Assembly: GCA_900316295.1 (NCBI GenBank)
Contig: ONCJ01000005.1
Coordinates: forward strand, 8,962-72,961
Source of the DNA: an uncultured Prevotella sp.
Lineage (GTDB): Bacteria; Bacteroidota; Bacteroidia; Bacteroidales; Bacteroidaceae
Reading direction: 5' to 3'
DNA length: 64,000 nucleotides
Of the stretch, positions 48,262 to 59,216 are shown one piece after another. The position numbers and the translations under genes were made by a program. Position 1 is the first letter of the stretch, and every line of letters starts with the position of its first letter. The notes beneath the pieces are model-generated. The model made no database searches, was not told where the DNA came from, and saw only the letters and a program-made list of their open reading frames with translations.

Positions 48262-49554
48262 TTAAATCTTATCAAATGCCTGCTGCAGGTCTTCGAGGAT
48301 GTCGTCGATATGCTCGGTTCCGATGCTCAGACGGATGGTCGATGGGGTGATGTGTTGCTCAGCGAGCTCTTCGGGCGAGAGTTGTGAGTGGGTGGTGGTG
48401 TATGGATGGATGACGAGGCTCTTCACGTCGGCAACATTGGCAAGCAGAGAGAATATCTCCAACGAGTCGATAAATCGCCAAGCCTCTTCCTGTCCGCCCT
48501 TGATCTCAAAGGTGAAGATTGATCCCGCACCGTATGGGAAGTATTTCTTGTAGATGTCGTGGGTGGGGTGGCTGGCAAGTGAGGGATGATTGACTTTTGC
48601 CACCTTAGGATGGTTGGCAAGAAATCCCACTACTTTCAGAGTGTTTTCTATGTGGCGCTCCACACGTAGCGACAATGTCTCAAGACCCTGTAATAGTATA
48701 AACGCATTGAAGGGCGAAATTGTTGCACCAGTGTCCCTCAAAATCACCGCACGGATGCGAGTGACGAAAGCTGCTGCGCCTGCTACATCGGCAAAGATGG
48801 CTCCGTGATAGCTGGGGTCGGGCTTTGCGAGCGTGGGAAACTTGTCGGCATTGGACTTCCAGTCGAACGTTCCACCGTCGACGATGACGCCACCCAGCGA
48901 ACTTCCGTGACCACCGATGAACTTAGTAGCCGAGTGAACCACGATGTCGGCACCATGTTCGATGGGTCTTATTAAATAAGGTGTACCAAAGGTGTTATCG
49001 ATAATCAGTGGAATGTTGTGTCGGTGGGCTATAGCGGCTACGGCATCGATGTTGAGCACGTCGCTGTTAGGATTGCCAAAAGTCTCAGCGTAAAGAGCCT
49101 TCGTGTTGGACTGAATGGCAGCCTCTATCGCCTCGAGGTCGTTGAAATCGACGATACTATTGGTGATACCTTGTGTGCTGAGTGTGTGGGTGATGAGATT
49201 GAACGAACCGCCATAGAGATTGTTGGCTGCAACGATGTGGTCACCGTTCTGGGCGATGTTCTGCAGGGCATAGGTGATAGCGGCGGCACCACTCGCCACG
49301 GCGAGTCCAGCCACACCGCCCTCAAGTGCAGCCACACGCTCTTCGAACACACCCTGAGTGCTGTTGGTCAGTCGTCCGTAGATATTACCTGCATCACGCA
49401 GACCGAAACGGTCGGCAGCGTGCTGAGAATTGCGGAATACATAACTGGTGGTTTGATATATAGGTACCGCACGTGAGTCGGTAGCTGGGTCAGGTTGCTC
49501 TTGTCCTACATGCAACTGGAGTGTCTCAAAACGATAATTTTTCTTTGTACTCAT
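48262..49554 (-). CDS. metY: O-acetylhomoserine sulfhydrylase / aminocarboxypropyltransferase
   Basis: FETLQLHVGQ, PIYQTTSY, HSATKFIGGHG, LANVADVKSLVIHP. Confidence 0.92.
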   Translation of the reverse strand: MSTKKNYRFETLQLHVGQEQPDPATDSRAVPIYQTTSYVFRNSQHAADRFGLRDAGNIYGRLTNSTQGVFEERVAALEGGVAGLAVASGAAAITYALQNIAQNGDHIVAANNLYGGSFNLITHTLSTQGITNSIVDFNDLEAIEAAIQSNTKALYAETFGNPNSDVLNIDAVAAIAHRHNIPLIIDNTFGTPYLIRPIEHGADIVVHSATKFIGGHGSSLGGVIVDGGTFDWKSNADKFPTLAKPDPSYHGAIFADVAGAAAFVTRIRAVILRDTGATISPFNAFILLQGLETLSLRVERHIENTLKVVGFLANHPKVAKVNHPSLASHPTHDIYKKYFPYGAGSIFTFEIKGGQEEAWRFIDSLEIFSLLANVADVKSLVIHPYTTTHSQLSPEELAEQHITPSTIRLSIGTEHIDDILEDLQQAFDKI

Positions 49555-49739
49555 AACTTTGTCCCTTTCTTTTATTTTATGTTTGTTTTTTAGTTGTTTT
49601 CTGGGTGCAAAGTTATGGGGTTTAGAATTTTCTGCCAAAAAGTTTGTTTATTTCAGAAAAAGTACCTAATTTTGCAGCTGTAACGAAGTGATTTTTCTTT
49701 TAAAAAGATTTTGGCATAACTCAAATAGAAAATTATTCT

Positions 49740-50210
49740 ATGGCAACTATCGAAACCCTTGACGAGATTGATTTGCAAATACTACGTACATTGCAAAGGA
49801 ACGCTAAGCTAACTACAAAAGAACTGGCTGAGGCTGTGCACCTTACGCCTACTCCGGTCTTTGAGCGACAGAAGCGGTTGGAGCGTCGTGACTATATAAA
49901 GAAATATGTGGCAATACTCAATCCTGAGAAATTAGGACAAAACCTTTTGGTCTTTGTCAAGGTGAAGTTGAAGCAGATCAACCATGAGATAGCCAATGCC
50001 TTTGAGCGTCGCATCAAGCGCTTACCCGAGGTGATAGAGTGTTATAACACATCAGGTCAGTATGACTATCTTCTGAAGGTGCGTGCGAGAGATATGCAGC
50101 AATATCAGGAGTTTGTGCTCAATAAACTTGGAGAAGTAGAAAACCTCGCTTCATTAGAAAGCATGTTCGTAATGAGCGAGGTTAAACAGAGCTTTGGGAT
50201 AAACATCTAA
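49740..50210 (+). CDS. Lrp/AsnC family transcriptional regulator
   Basis: LDEIDLQIL..LQ.NAK, ECYNTSGQYDYLLK; divergent from metY-cysK. Confidence 0.95.
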   Translation: MATIETLDEIDLQILRTLQRNAKLTTKELAEAVHLTPTPVFERQKRLERRDYIKKYVAILNPEKLGQNLLVFVKVKLKQINHEIANAFERRIKRLPEVIECYNTSGQYDYLLKVRARDMQQYQEFVLNKLGEVENLASLESMFVMSEVKQSFGINI

Positions 50211-51910
50211 CCCACTATCTCTCGGGCTCTTGCCAGAGCGAGGTCGATGTGGTTGCAAATGTTGGCTTCGCCTAATAGCTGGTTGAAATTGTTGCGTTTC
50301 AGTACAGCCTCTACCTTCGGATTGACTCCCGAGAGTACCACCGTGACGCCTTCCTTCTGACTCATCAGACACATGTTCTCAAGATTGTGCAGACCCGTTG
50401 AGTCGATAAATGGCACCTTTCGCATACGAATGATGCGCACCTTGGGATGGCTTCCGTAGCGTGCCATGATGTCCTCAAAGCGGTTGCCTGCTCCAAAGAA
50501 GTAGGGACCGTTGATTTCGTATACCTCCACACCCTCGGGTATGGTGAGGTGTTCCAGATTGCCCCGCTCCATATCAGCGTCATCGTTGAGGTCTATCTCG
50601 TCGAGAACGGCATGCACGTCGGTGGTCTCTGCCATACGACGCATGAAGAGCAGGCAGGCACAGATGAGTCCGAACTCGATGGCTATGGTGAGGTCGAAGA
50701 TAATTGTTAGGATGAAGGTGAGCAGCAGGACGGTGACGTCGCTCTTCGGATTGCGCATCATGGCGAGGAACGAGCGCCAGCCACTCATGCCGTATGCCAC
50801 CACTACTAGCACACCTGCGAGACATGCCATAGGTATATATTGTGCCAATGGCATGAGGAAGAGGAAGATAAGCAGTAATACTATCGCATGGATGATACCC
50901 GCAATGGGAGTCCTACCTCCGTTGTTGATGTTGGTCATGGTGCGTGCTATTGCTCCAGTAGCAGGTATTCCACCGAACAATGGCGACACGATATTAGCGA
51001 TACCCTGACCGATAAGTTCTGTGTTGGAGTTGTGATGGTCGCCGATGACACCATCAGCCACGGTAGCCGAGAGAAGCGACTCGATGGCACCGAGCACGGC
51101 GATAGTCACCGCTGGACCCACCAGCCCCTTTACTGTCTCCCAAGTGAGCTGAGGCACCACAGCATCGGGTAACGACGAGTTGATGCTGAAACGGTCGCCA
51201 ATAGTCTCAATGGTAGTCACACCAGCATACTCCTTCAATATCAGTGCGGCTACGGTCATCACAATTATTGCAACCAACGAACCTGGTAGAGCCTTCAACG
51301 GAGAGAGATGGAACAGTCGGGCGAGCATAGGCCATGAGGCTATGAGTGCGACACTGACGATACCAACAGCCGCACTCCACGGGTCGATGTTACCAATATT
51401 ATATATGTATGCGCCCCATTTCTCAATGAAGTCGGCAGGTACTTTGTCTATATGCATTCCAAGAAGGTCCTTCACCTGTGTGGTGAAGATAGTTATGGCG
51501 ATACCGCTGGTAAATCCCACGACGATAGGGTAGGGAATATATTTGATGATAGTACCCAGACGGAGCACACCCAGTAACACCAAAAAGACGCCTGCCATGA
51601 GCGTGGCTATGGTGAGTCCCTGAATGCCGTATTGCTGTATGATACCATAGACGATGATGATGAAGGCTCCCGTAGGTCCGCCAATCTGTACCTTAGAACC
51701 GCCAAAGAGCGATATGAACATTCCGGCAACAATAGCCGTGATGATACCTTTCTCGGGTGTCACTCCGCTGGCTATACCGAAAGCGATGGCAAGTGGCAGC
51801 GCCACGATGCCCACTATCACTCCCGCCATAAGGTCGGCAGAGAATGTCTTGCGGTCGTAATTCTTTAATACCGAAATGAATTTCGGTTTGAAGTCTATTG
51901 TCTTAACCAT
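50207..51910 (-). CDS. SulP/SLC26 anion transporter with C-terminal STAS domain
   Basis: DLMAGVIVGIVALPLAIAFG, GPTGA, ESLLSA, GPYFFG, FIDSTG. Confidence 0.95.
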   Translation of the reverse strand: MVKTIDFKPKFISVLKNYDRKTFSADLMAGVIVGIVALPLAIAFGIASGVTPEKGIITAIVAGMFISLFGGSKVQIGGPTGAFIIIVYGIIQQYGIQGLTIATLMAGVFLVLLGVLRLGTIIKYIPYPIVVGFTSGIAITIFTTQVKDLLGMHIDKVPADFIEKWGAYIYNIGNIDPWSAAVGIVSVALIASWPMLARLFHLSPLKALPGSLVAIIVMTVAALILKEYAGVTTIETIGDRFSINSSLPDAVVPQLTWETVKGLVGPAVTIAVLGAIESLLSATVADGVIGDHHNSNTELIGQGIANIVSPLFGGIPATGAIARTMTNINNGGRTPIAGIIHAIVLLLIFLFLMPLAQYIPMACLAGVLVVVAYGMSGWRSFLAMMRNPKSDVTVLLLTFILTIIFDLTIAIEFGLICACLLFMRRMAETTDVHAVLDEIDLNDDADMERGNLEHLTIPEGVEVYEINGPYFFGAGNRFEDIMARYGSHPKVRIIRMRKVPFIDSTGLHNLENMCLMSQKEGVTVVLSGVNPKVEAVLKRNNFNQLLGEANICNHIDLALARAREIVG

Positions 51911-51950
51911 GAGGATGGTTTGTATTGTATATGAAATTTGGGAATAAAAA

Positions 51951-51985
51951 AGATAAGGTGGCAGTCTTTACGTGTCACCTTATCT
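51951..51985 (-). terminator. Probable terminator after mscL
   Basis: AGATAAGGTGGCA...TGTCACCTTATCT, with a T tract on the minus strand. Confidence 0.7.
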
Positions 51986-52013
51986 GACTTAATCAGTAGG
52001 CGGAGAGCCTCAC

Positions 52014-52391
52014 TTACTTCTTCTTCAGGATCTCTTTGATGTCAGCAAGCAGCTCCTCGGTGGTAGGTCCTGCGGGTGCCTCTGGTGCTGGCTCTTCCTT
52101 CTTCTTGAACTTGTTGATGGCCTTGATGACGCAGAAGATGGAGAAGGCGATAATGAGGAAGTCGATGATGTTCTGGCAGAACATACCATACTTGATTTCT
52201 GCATCGCCCACCTTGGCAGAGAGCGTAGTGAAGTCGATACCACCAGTAACAACACCTACTACAGGCATGATGATGTCGTCGACAAGTGAACTGACGATTT
52301 TGCCAAATGCACCGCCGATGATAACGCCGACAGCCATGTCCATTACGTTGCCTTTAGAGGCAAACTCCTTGAATTCTTTAATAAATCCCAT
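52014..52391 (-). CDS. mscL: Large-conductance mechanosensitive channel
   Basis: [29 protein letters not shown]. Confidence 0.97.
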   Translation of the reverse strand: MGFIKEFKEFASKGNVMDMAVGVIIGGAFGKIVSSLVDDIIMPVVGVVTGGIDFTTLSAKVGDAEIKYGMFCQNIIDFLIIAFSIFCVIKAINKFKKKEEPAPEAPAGPTTEELLADIKEILKKK

Positions 52392-52698
52392 AATCGTAAA
52401 AAGTTAAATGGTTTATGTATTAATAATGTGTGATATACTACTTTCTGCGTATTTGTTAATTTTGCAATCTTTGTTTTACAATATTTTGTTCCATTGCTTG
52501 AGCAATATCAATTCTATGGCACTTAGTGTAATATTTTGAATTATTTAATGTTCAAATCTGATGCAAAAATAGAAAAAACTTTGTAACTTTGCGAGCGAAA
52601 TAAGAAAAAAGTGCTCTTTAGAGTGTGATTTTCTTTAAACACTATCAATAGGATAATAGAATTAATAATCATTTTTATACAAAAAGTAATAAGCAATT

Positions 52699-53724
52699 AT
52701 GACAAAAGTAGCAATTAACGGCTTTGGCCGTATCGGTCGTCTCGCATTCCGTCAGATGTTCGAGGCTGAGGGTTATGAAGTAGTAGCTATCAACGACTTG
52801 ACAAGTCCAAAGATGCTGGCACACCTCTTGAAGTATGACACCGCTCAGGGTGGTTTCTGTGGCAAGATCGGTGAGAATAAGCACACTGTAGAGGCTGGTG
52901 AGGACTACATCGTTGTTGATGGTCAGAAGATTACTATCTACGCTAAGCCAAACGCAGCTGAGCTGCCTTGGGGTGAGCTGGATGTAGACGTTGTTCTCGA
53001 GTGCACAGGTTTCTACACATCTAAGGAGAAGGCTTCTGCACACCTGACAGCTGGTGCTAAGAAGGTTGTCATCTCTGCTCCTGCAGGCAATGACCTCCCA
53101 ACTATCGTTTACAATGTAAACCACAAGACTCTGACTCCAGCAGATACCGTTATCTCTGCAGCTTCTTGTACAACAAACTGCTTGGCTCCTATGACCAAGG
53201 CTCTGAACGATTTCGCTCCAATCCAGAGCGGTATCATGACAACTGTTCACGCTTACACTGGTGACCAGATGATCCTCGACGGTCCTCAGCGCAAGGGTGA
53301 TGTACAGCGTGCTCGCGCAGGTGCTCAGAACATCGTTCCTAACTCTACTGGTGCTGCTAAGGCTATCGGTCTCGTTATCCCAGAGCTCAACGGCAAGCTG
53401 ATTGGTGCTGCACAGCGCGTTCCAACTCCAACAGGTTCTACCACTATCCTGCACGCAGTTGTTAAGGGTGAGGTTACTGTTGAGGACATCAACGCTGCTA
53501 TGAAGGCTGCTCAGAACGAGTCATTCGGTTACACTGAGGAGAAGCTCGTTTCTTCTGACATCATCGGTATGAAGTTCGGTTCTCTCTTCGACGCTAACCA
53601 GACTATGGTAAGCAAGATTGGCGACGGCAACTCTCTCGTACAGGTTGTTGCTTGGTACGACAATGAGAACTCTTACACTTCTCAGATGGTACGTACTATC
53701 AAGTACCTCGCAGAGCTGAAGTAA
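52699..53724 (+). CDS. gap: Glyceraldehyde-3-phosphate dehydrogenase (type I)
   Basis: [40 protein letters not shown] box at 52584. Confidence 0.98.
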   Translation: MTKVAINGFGRIGRLAFRQMFEAEGYEVVAINDLTSPKMLAHLLKYDTAQGGFCGKIGENKHTVEAGEDYIVVDGQKITIYAKPNAAELPWGELDVDVVLECTGFYTSKEKASAHLTAGAKKVVISAPAGNDLPTIVYNVNHKTLTPADTVISAASCTTNCLAPMTKALNDFAPIQSGIMTTVHAYTGDQMILDGPQRKGDVQRARAGAQNIVPNSTGAAKAIGLVIPELNGKLIGAAQRVPTPTGSTTILHAVVKGEVTVEDINAAMKAAQNESFGYTEEKLVSSDIIGMKFGSLFDANQTMVSKIGDGNSLVQVVAWYDNENSYTSQMVRTIKYLAELK

Positions 53725-53750
53725 TAAAAGAGTCAATAACTCAAATATTC

Positions 53751-53783
53751 AGACCACTCGAAATGTCGGGTGGTCTTTTTTTT
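53751..53783 (+). terminator. Intrinsic terminator of gap
   Basis: AGACCACTCGA-loop-TCGGGTGGTCT followed by a T run. Confidence 0.88.
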
Positions 53784-53861
53784 GTTCATTTTTTCAGCAA
53801 AAATGTTTTTATTTAGCAAATAATGATTACCTTTGCGGTGTAACCATTTACTATTAACCCT

Positions 53862-54524
53862 ATGAAACGACTATTATTCCTATTCATCATGCCAGCATTA
53901 GTGCTAACAATGCAAGCACAGGACAGAACTTTTGAGAGTTGTCCGCTCGAACTGATTGCGGAGAATTGGAAGAATAAAACCATCGAACATGTAGTGAACG
54001 GCAGCTTGGGAGTTATGCTTGAGGCATTCGACAAGACATGGCCCACGTACGTTGTCGCTGAGGCTCGTGACGTTATGGAAAAAGGACTCGAGAAGTATGT
54101 AGACCCAAATGACGAAACCGAGCGTACTGTTATCAACGATGCAAAGAACGGCTTCGTAAGGGTCTATGATGCTGGTACCGACAGCGAGTATATGTCGGCA
54201 TGCGTGTGGAATCGCTCTGACGGTCATCGCCTGCTTGCTGTATGCCTCGGCAAGCCCACCGATCCGGAGATAGAGTTCGTATGCTTCTACGACTATGAGG
54301 AATATACATGGACTCTGCGTCCGGAACCAAACATCCTGGTTGGACTGCCGCCAAAGCCAAGAGATGGTCAGCGCTACTTCAGTCTGCCACAAAAAGGCAA
54401 GGACCTCATCGTCACTGACTTCGTTGACGGCAATCGACATGAGCACTTGATGAAATGGAACGGCATGCGTCCCATCTATACCTCCACTACAATAAAAAAG
54501 GGATATAACGACGACGAGAAGTAG
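53862..54524 (+). CDS. Secreted hypothetical protein (paralogous to 54593-55219)
   Basis: Signal peptide; NGFV, CVWNRSDGH, LPQKGKD, KWNG. Confidence 0.8.
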   Translation: MKRLLFLFIMPALVLTMQAQDRTFESCPLELIAENWKNKTIEHVVNGSLGVMLEAFDKTWPTYVVAEARDVMEKGLEKYVDPNDETERTVINDAKNGFVRVYDAGTDSEYMSACVWNRSDGHRLLAVCLGKPTDPEIEFVCFYDYEEYTWTLRPEPNILVGLPPKPRDGQRYFSLPQKGKDLIVTDFVDGNRHEHLMKWNGMRPIYTSTTIKKGYNDDEK

Positions 54525-54592
54525 ATGTCGTTGACGATAACTCAACGCTAACTTAACGACAATAGAATATTAAACTAAAAAACGCTCTCACC

Positions 54593-55219
54593 ATGATGAA
54601 ACGAATACTGTTACTATTGATGCTGCCCGCCTTTTTCCTTACGGCACAGGCACAAGACGATGGCGACATGGCATATCGTGTAAGCTTCACTGGTGCAGCC
54701 CCAACCATCTGCGATTTTGTCGATGCACTACTTAGTCATGCCGAGGATGAGGCTCTTGGGGTATTCGAAGGCTACTGGCAACTCTATAAGAAAGGCAATG
54801 GACTGCCGCCAGCCGTAAAGATTAAGGTAGACAAGCCTAATGGCTTTGTATCCTATAGCCATCTTTATGCCGAAGACAACTCAAAGCAGACCATCGAGAC
54901 ATGCTACTGGAACTGCAAGGATGGTCGCCACAAGATAGTTGGGCAGGTCATCGCCACCTATCAGAATGGTCGTCCCGTCATGGGTCAATATGACGGTATC
55001 ACCTTTTATACCTACGACTCCAAGACCCGAATGATGGAGTGGACTCCAACAGGCGATGTCTGCGGCGACGAGTTCAATGAAATAGGACTCACCGACGGCA
55101 CCGTCATCAATCTTCCAGACAAGGGTAAGGACATCAGCCTGTGGCTCAATACATCCAATGGAATGAAACACTACACACTGAAGTGGAACGGTGGAGGTTT
55201 TGATTTTATAAAGAAATAA
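54593..55219 (+). CDS. Secreted hypothetical protein (paralogous to 53862-54524)
   Basis: Signal peptide; NGFV, CYWNCKDGRH, LPDKGKD, KWNG. Confidence 0.8.
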   Translation: MMKRILLLLMLPAFFLTAQAQDDGDMAYRVSFTGAAPTICDFVDALLSHAEDEALGVFEGYWQLYKKGNGLPPAVKIKVDKPNGFVSYSHLYAEDNSKQTIETCYWNCKDGRHKIVGQVIATYQNGRPVMGQYDGITFYTYDSKTRMMEWTPTGDVCGDEFNEIGLTDGTVINLPDKGKDISLWLNTSNGMKHYTLKWNGGGFDFIKK

Positions 55220-55244
55220 TTACTAATCAAAAACTATAAAGATT

Positions 55245-56456
55245 ATGAAGACAAACAAAAGTATTCTGAAAACTTTCATGGCTGCAGCCATGATGTTTGT
55301 GTTTGCTTCTACGGCAAATGCACAGTTCCCAAAAATTGGCAAGGGAACAAACATCGGAAAGGTAATCAAGAACAAGGCAGAGGGTACGGTCGAAAACATA
55401 GCGAACAAGGCTGTGGATAAGGCTCAGGAGAAAGCCCGTAAGAAGATGTACGAGATTGTGAAGAAAAAGGTGCTCGACGGCAAACAGATGCCAGAGTGCC
55501 CGTGGCCTATGCAGGAGGGAGTGACCAAGTCGTACACATGGCCACCATCGGCAGATGAGAGCAACATGAACATCACATGGTATCTCTATAATCTGCCAAA
55601 CACCAGTGTAGATGAGGTGAAGGCTATGAAAGAAAAGCTTGATGCTCGCTTCCAAGCCAATCGTAAGATTCTGATGGCCGAGAATACCGGTTTGTTCTCG
55701 CAGTTGGGTGGCTATACCACCAGTCTGCTCCTTGAGGTTGAGGCAGAGCAAGAGCGTTGGGATGCTTTCTATGGTGAGATACAGCAGCGTATGAACCTAA
55801 GCATGCAGGGAAAAATTTTAGGAAATGATCCAAAAAATTGGCAGATAGAGTGGGGCTTCGGCGACATCATGGTAACTGGCGACAAGCAGATCCTCACCGT
55901 TAATAAGAATCAGTCAGGTAAGTTCCAGTTCTATGGTCTTGCAAGTAAGGAGGGCATGTTTGCTGGTCCTGAGGATGTACGGCTCATCAAGGAAGATATC
56001 AATCGTATGAATAAGATATCCCTTCTTCTTGAAGGTCTCACCACCGAATTCGATGGTCCTAATCCAGCTCCAAACAACACAAATGTTGCTTTCCGACTGT
56101 TCTTCAGAGCAAAGTCCTTCGTATATTATGTAGGACAGGCTCTCGAAAGTAATTCTCCAGAGAATATTGAGCGTCATCCGATGCCCAAGGCGGGCAAACT
56201 CAATGGTTCACTAAAGGCAAAGGCTTTGGCTGAAGCTAAAAGTGAGGATCCGAGCGTTATCGATGTTGTCATCACCAGCAACAACTGGAATGTTAAGCCT
56301 TTGGAGCGTCGTACCGTCAGTGGTTATGTCATCAAGAAGGATGAATATGGCAAGCGTGCTTTCAGTCGTACATGGTGTCAGGACTACATGGGAGGTGGCA
56401 AGTATGGCTCACTTCGCAATTATGGAGTAGGTATGGGTTCCTTCTATCTGAAGTAA
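55245..56456 (+). CDS. Secreted hypothetical protein
   Basis: Signal peptide ending ANA-Q; C-terminal QDYMGGGKYG. Confidence 0.8.
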   Translation: MKTNKSILKTFMAAAMMFVFASTANAQFPKIGKGTNIGKVIKNKAEGTVENIANKAVDKAQEKARKKMYEIVKKKVLDGKQMPECPWPMQEGVTKSYTWPPSADESNMNITWYLYNLPNTSVDEVKAMKEKLDARFQANRKILMAENTGLFSQLGGYTTSLLLEVEAEQERWDAFYGEIQQRMNLSMQGKILGNDPKNWQIEWGFGDIMVTGDKQILTVNKNQSGKFQFYGLASKEGMFAGPEDVRLIKEDINRMNKISLLLEGLTTEFDGPNPAPNNTNVAFRLFFRAKSFVYYVGQALESNSPENIERHPMPKAGKLNGSLKAKALAEAKSEDPSVIDVVITSNNWNVKPLERRTVSGYVIKKDEYGKRAFSRTWCQDYMGGGKYGSLRNYGVGMGSFYLK

Positions 56457-56474
56457 TAAACGCTAAAAAATAAG

Positions 56475-56512
56475 AAAAAAAGCCGTCTGTTCTTGTCAGA
56501 CGGTTTTTTTTT
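56475..56512 (+). terminator. Intrinsic terminator
   Basis: AAAAAAGCCGTCTG-loop-CAGACGGTTTTTTTT. Confidence 0.85.
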
Positions 56513-56557
56513 GTACATTTGCAAGGAAAACATGCGAAAATAACTAAATACAGAATA

Positions 56558-57025
56558 ATGAACGACATTTGGATAAAACCATATCGCGACGTAGTGGAAC
56601 AGCAGTTTCGGCTCACGGATGAGGCGCGGCGTGACTTCGACGACCTCTTTAGTCGTATGGGAAACCTTGCCGCTCAATGTCCCGATCAGGCAGTCTTCGC
56701 TACTAAGTTCATGCAGAGTCCGTTATACGGTGAGTATACTCAGTTGTTTCAGAAATATCAGAAACTCATAGTTACTCCAGAAGGAAAGAGCGTTGCTGAT
56801 ACAGAAAAAGACATCAAGAAGGAACAGGTGCAGAGTGGTGCCAAGGAATATGTCAAGTCAATGGCAGGTATTGAGGCGAATGCGGTTATCTCCCACATGC
56901 TTCCTGACGAGGTGAACCGACTGCGATGGGGCGGACTGAGAGTGGTTCCTGTGATAGGTCCAATCATCCAGTGGATAGACAACATCCAGTGGGTACGACG
57001 GATGTTTAGTAAAAATAAAGGTTGA
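56558..57025 (+). CDS. Hypothetical protein
   Basis: 155-aa ORF preceded by a TACATTTG box. Confidence 0.7.
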   Translation: MNDIWIKPYRDVVEQQFRLTDEARRDFDDLFSRMGNLAAQCPDQAVFATKFMQSPLYGEYTQLFQKYQKLIVTPEGKSVADTEKDIKKEQVQSGAKEYVKSMAGIEANAVISHMLPDEVNRLRWGGLRVVPVIGPIIQWIDNIQWVRRMFSKNKG

Positions 57026-57081
57026 GTGGATTCTAAAACCTGAAGAAAAACAGAAAGGTTTTGTATTCTGAAATTAAGCAG

Positions 57082-58059
57082 ATGATAGACAACAATCTAC
57101 TGATAACCATACTCGGACCAACGGCAAGTGGGAAGACCTCTCTTGCTGTGGCTCTTGCTGCATACTTGAGCGAACATGAAGGTAGAGCAGCTGAGATAAT
57201 CTCTGCCGACTCCCGTCAGGTATATCGTGGAATGGATATCGGCACTGGTAAGGACTTGGAGGAGTACGGGACCATCCCCTACCACCTCATCGACATCTGC
57301 GAACCAGGAACTAAATATAATCTGTTCCAGTATCAGCAGGACTTCCTTAATGCCTACGAAGATATCAAGGGCAGGGGAGTCCAACCGATATTGTGTGGCG
57401 GAACCGGGCTGTATATCGAAGCGGTCTTGAAGGGCTACCAGCTCTCTCCCGTACCACAGAACCCAGAGCTGCGTGAACGATTGGCAGACAAGAGCCTCGA
57501 AGAACTCACCGAGATGCTCAGGGAGTTGAAGCGGCAGACTGGCACATGCATGCATAACACCACTGATGTGGATACCGCCCAACGTGCCATTCGTGCTATC
57601 GAGATAGAAACGGCAAAATTGGAGGAGATGCGTGACGATCACAAGGGTAAGTCTCCTCTTACTCCCTCACCTTTCGGAGAGGGCAGGGGTGAGGCTCCTC
57701 CATATATAATAATAGGTGTAGACATTGACCGTGAGGAGCGCCGCAGGAAGATAACCGCTCGTCTGCGTCAGCGACTCGACAATGGAATGGTGGAGGAGAT
57801 ACGAGGGTTGCTTGATCGTGGCATACCTGCTGAGGACCTCATCTACTATGGTCTGGAATATAAGTATGTTACAGAATATGCCATCGGCAAGCTCTCCTAT
57901 GATGAGATGTTCCGTCAACTTGAGATAGCCATCCATCAGTTTGCCAAGCGACAGATGACATGGTTCCGAGGTATGGAGCGGCGAGGCTTTACCATCCACT
58001 GGATAGATGCTATGTTGCCTATGGAAGAGAAAGTTCAATGCGTAATGCGATATGCATAA
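57082..58059 (+). CDS. miaA: tRNA dimethylallyltransferase
   Basis: GPTASGKT, SADSRQVYRGMDIGTGK, GGTGLY, FAKRQMTWFR. Confidence 0.96.
   Translation: MIDNNLLITILGPTASGKTSLAVALAAYLSEHEGRAAEIISADSRQVYRGMDIGTGKDLEEYGTIPYHLIDICEPGTKYNLFQYQQDFLNAYEDIKGRGVQPILCGGTGLYIEAVLKGYQLSPVPQNPELRERLADKSLEELTEMLRELKRQTGTCMHNTTDVDTAQRAIRAIEIETAKLEEMRDDHKGKSPLTPSPFGEGRGEAPPYIIIGVDIDREERRRKITARLRQRLDNGMVEEIRGLLDRGIPAEDLIYYGLEYKYVTEYAIGKLSYDEMFRQLEIAIHQFAKRQMTWFRGMERRGFTIHWIDAMLPMEEKVQCVMRYA
57661..57696 (+). repeat. REP-like palindrome translated in frame within miaA
   Basis: ACTCCCTCACCTTTCGGAGAGGGCAGGGGTGAGGCT (TPSPFGEGRGEA); resembles 62571-62605. Confidence 0.7.
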
Positions 58060-58119
58060 TGCATAATTTTCTATGAAAGTGAAATAAACGAAATATCAAT
58101 ATTGTAATAATTACGCATT

Positions 58120-59064
58120 ATGAATTATGCATTAGAAGATAAGTGGGGCATACTCTATTGCCCTAAGGGTGGAATCATCAACAGACCACAGCGCCGCTGG
58201 GAACGGATAGAGAGGGCCTTGCAAGAGCAGGGCATCGAATATGACAAGATTCAGAGCGAGAGCGTGGGCAGTGTCGAACGACTCATCAAGATGATGATCA
58301 ATAATGGCTATAAGACCATTGTCATCGTCGGAGGTGACTCGGCGCTCAATGATGCGGTCAACTGTTTGATGCAGGTCGAGAAGAAGGTGCGCGACGAGAT
58401 TGCTATCGGCGTCATTCCTAACGGTATGATGAACGACTTTGCCCACTTCTGGGGCTTTGACGAGGGCGAGATAGAGCAGACTATAGCTTGGCTCAAACAG
58501 CGTCGCATTCGCAAGATCGATCTCGGTTGCATCCGCTATAAGAACCGAAAGAATGAGAACTGTCATCGCTACTTCCTCAACTGTGTCAATGTGGGACTCA
58601 TCGCAGCCATCATGAACCTGCGTCGTCAGACCCGTCACTTCTTTGGCTCGCGTACGTTGTCTTTCTTCTTCTCTTTCTTATTGCTCATCTTCCAGCGTAT
58701 GGAGTACATGATGAACATACGCATCGATACCGAGCGCATCAAGCGTCGTGTGATGACAGTCTGCGTGGGCAATGCCTCAGGCTATGGTCAGACACCTAAT
58801 GCGGTACCATATAATGGTCTGCTCGACGTCTCTGTGGTCTATCATCCCGAGATGACTCAGCTCTTTGAGGGTATATACTTGTTCCTTAAGGGTAAGTTTC
58901 TCAACCATCGCAGCGTCCATCCTTACCGCACACGTGAGCTCACCTTCGAGCAGGCTGAGCATGCCATGGTAGGAGTAGATGGTCGACTGATGAGCGGAGC
59001 TCCTGTTGGTGAGTTCCGTATTACGGTCGAACAGGAGGTCATCAACTTCCTTATTCCAAACTAA
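58120..59064 (+). CDS. Diacylglycerol/lipid kinase family protein (YegS-like)
   Basis: IVGGDSALND, GVIPNGMMNDFA, IDLG, YFLN, VDG. Confidence 0.85.
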   Translation: MNYALEDKWGILYCPKGGIINRPQRRWERIERALQEQGIEYDKIQSESVGSVERLIKMMINNGYKTIVIVGGDSALNDAVNCLMQVEKKVRDEIAIGVIPNGMMNDFAHFWGFDEGEIEQTIAWLKQRRIRKIDLGCIRYKNRKNENCHRYFLNCVNVGLIAAIMNLRRQTRHFFGSRTLSFFFSFLLLIFQRMEYMMNIRIDTERIKRRVMTVCVGNASGYGQTPNAVPYNGLLDVSVVYHPEMTQLFEGIYLFLKGKFLNHRSVHPYRTRELTFEQAEHAMVGVDGRLMSGAPVGEFRITVEQEVINFLIPN

Positions 59065-59216
59065 GACGTGAGAGGGTGAGAAGAGTGCATAAAAAGGTAA
59101 AAAGTCATCGTTTTTTCAAAAAAACGATGATTTTTTTGTACAAACAAGAATAATTTCATACTTTTGTGAGGACTAATACTAATTAGAACAAACATATATA
59201 AAAAACCTAAACAAAT

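Noticed and set aside
49555-49739. SAM or other riboswitch upstream of metY
   Set aside because: Short AT-rich divergent promoter region with no recognisable aptamer; regulation by the adjacent Lrp protein is more plausible.
50207-50600. SulP STAS domain as part of the partner-switch system
   Set aside because: A C-terminal STAS domain is standard in SulP transporters, and it lies about 39 kb from the operon.
52675-53454. 259-aa antisense ORF over gap, and similar ones at 16703-17656, 19513-20349, 25412-26215, 43764-44780 and 59793-60602
   Set aside because: Shadow ORFs opposite well-supported genes with biased codon use; no recognisable motifs.
58120-59064. Lipid kinase as a pseudokinase (GGDSA instead of GGDGT)
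   Set aside because: The catalytic Asp is retained, and the variation cannot be judged without an alignment.
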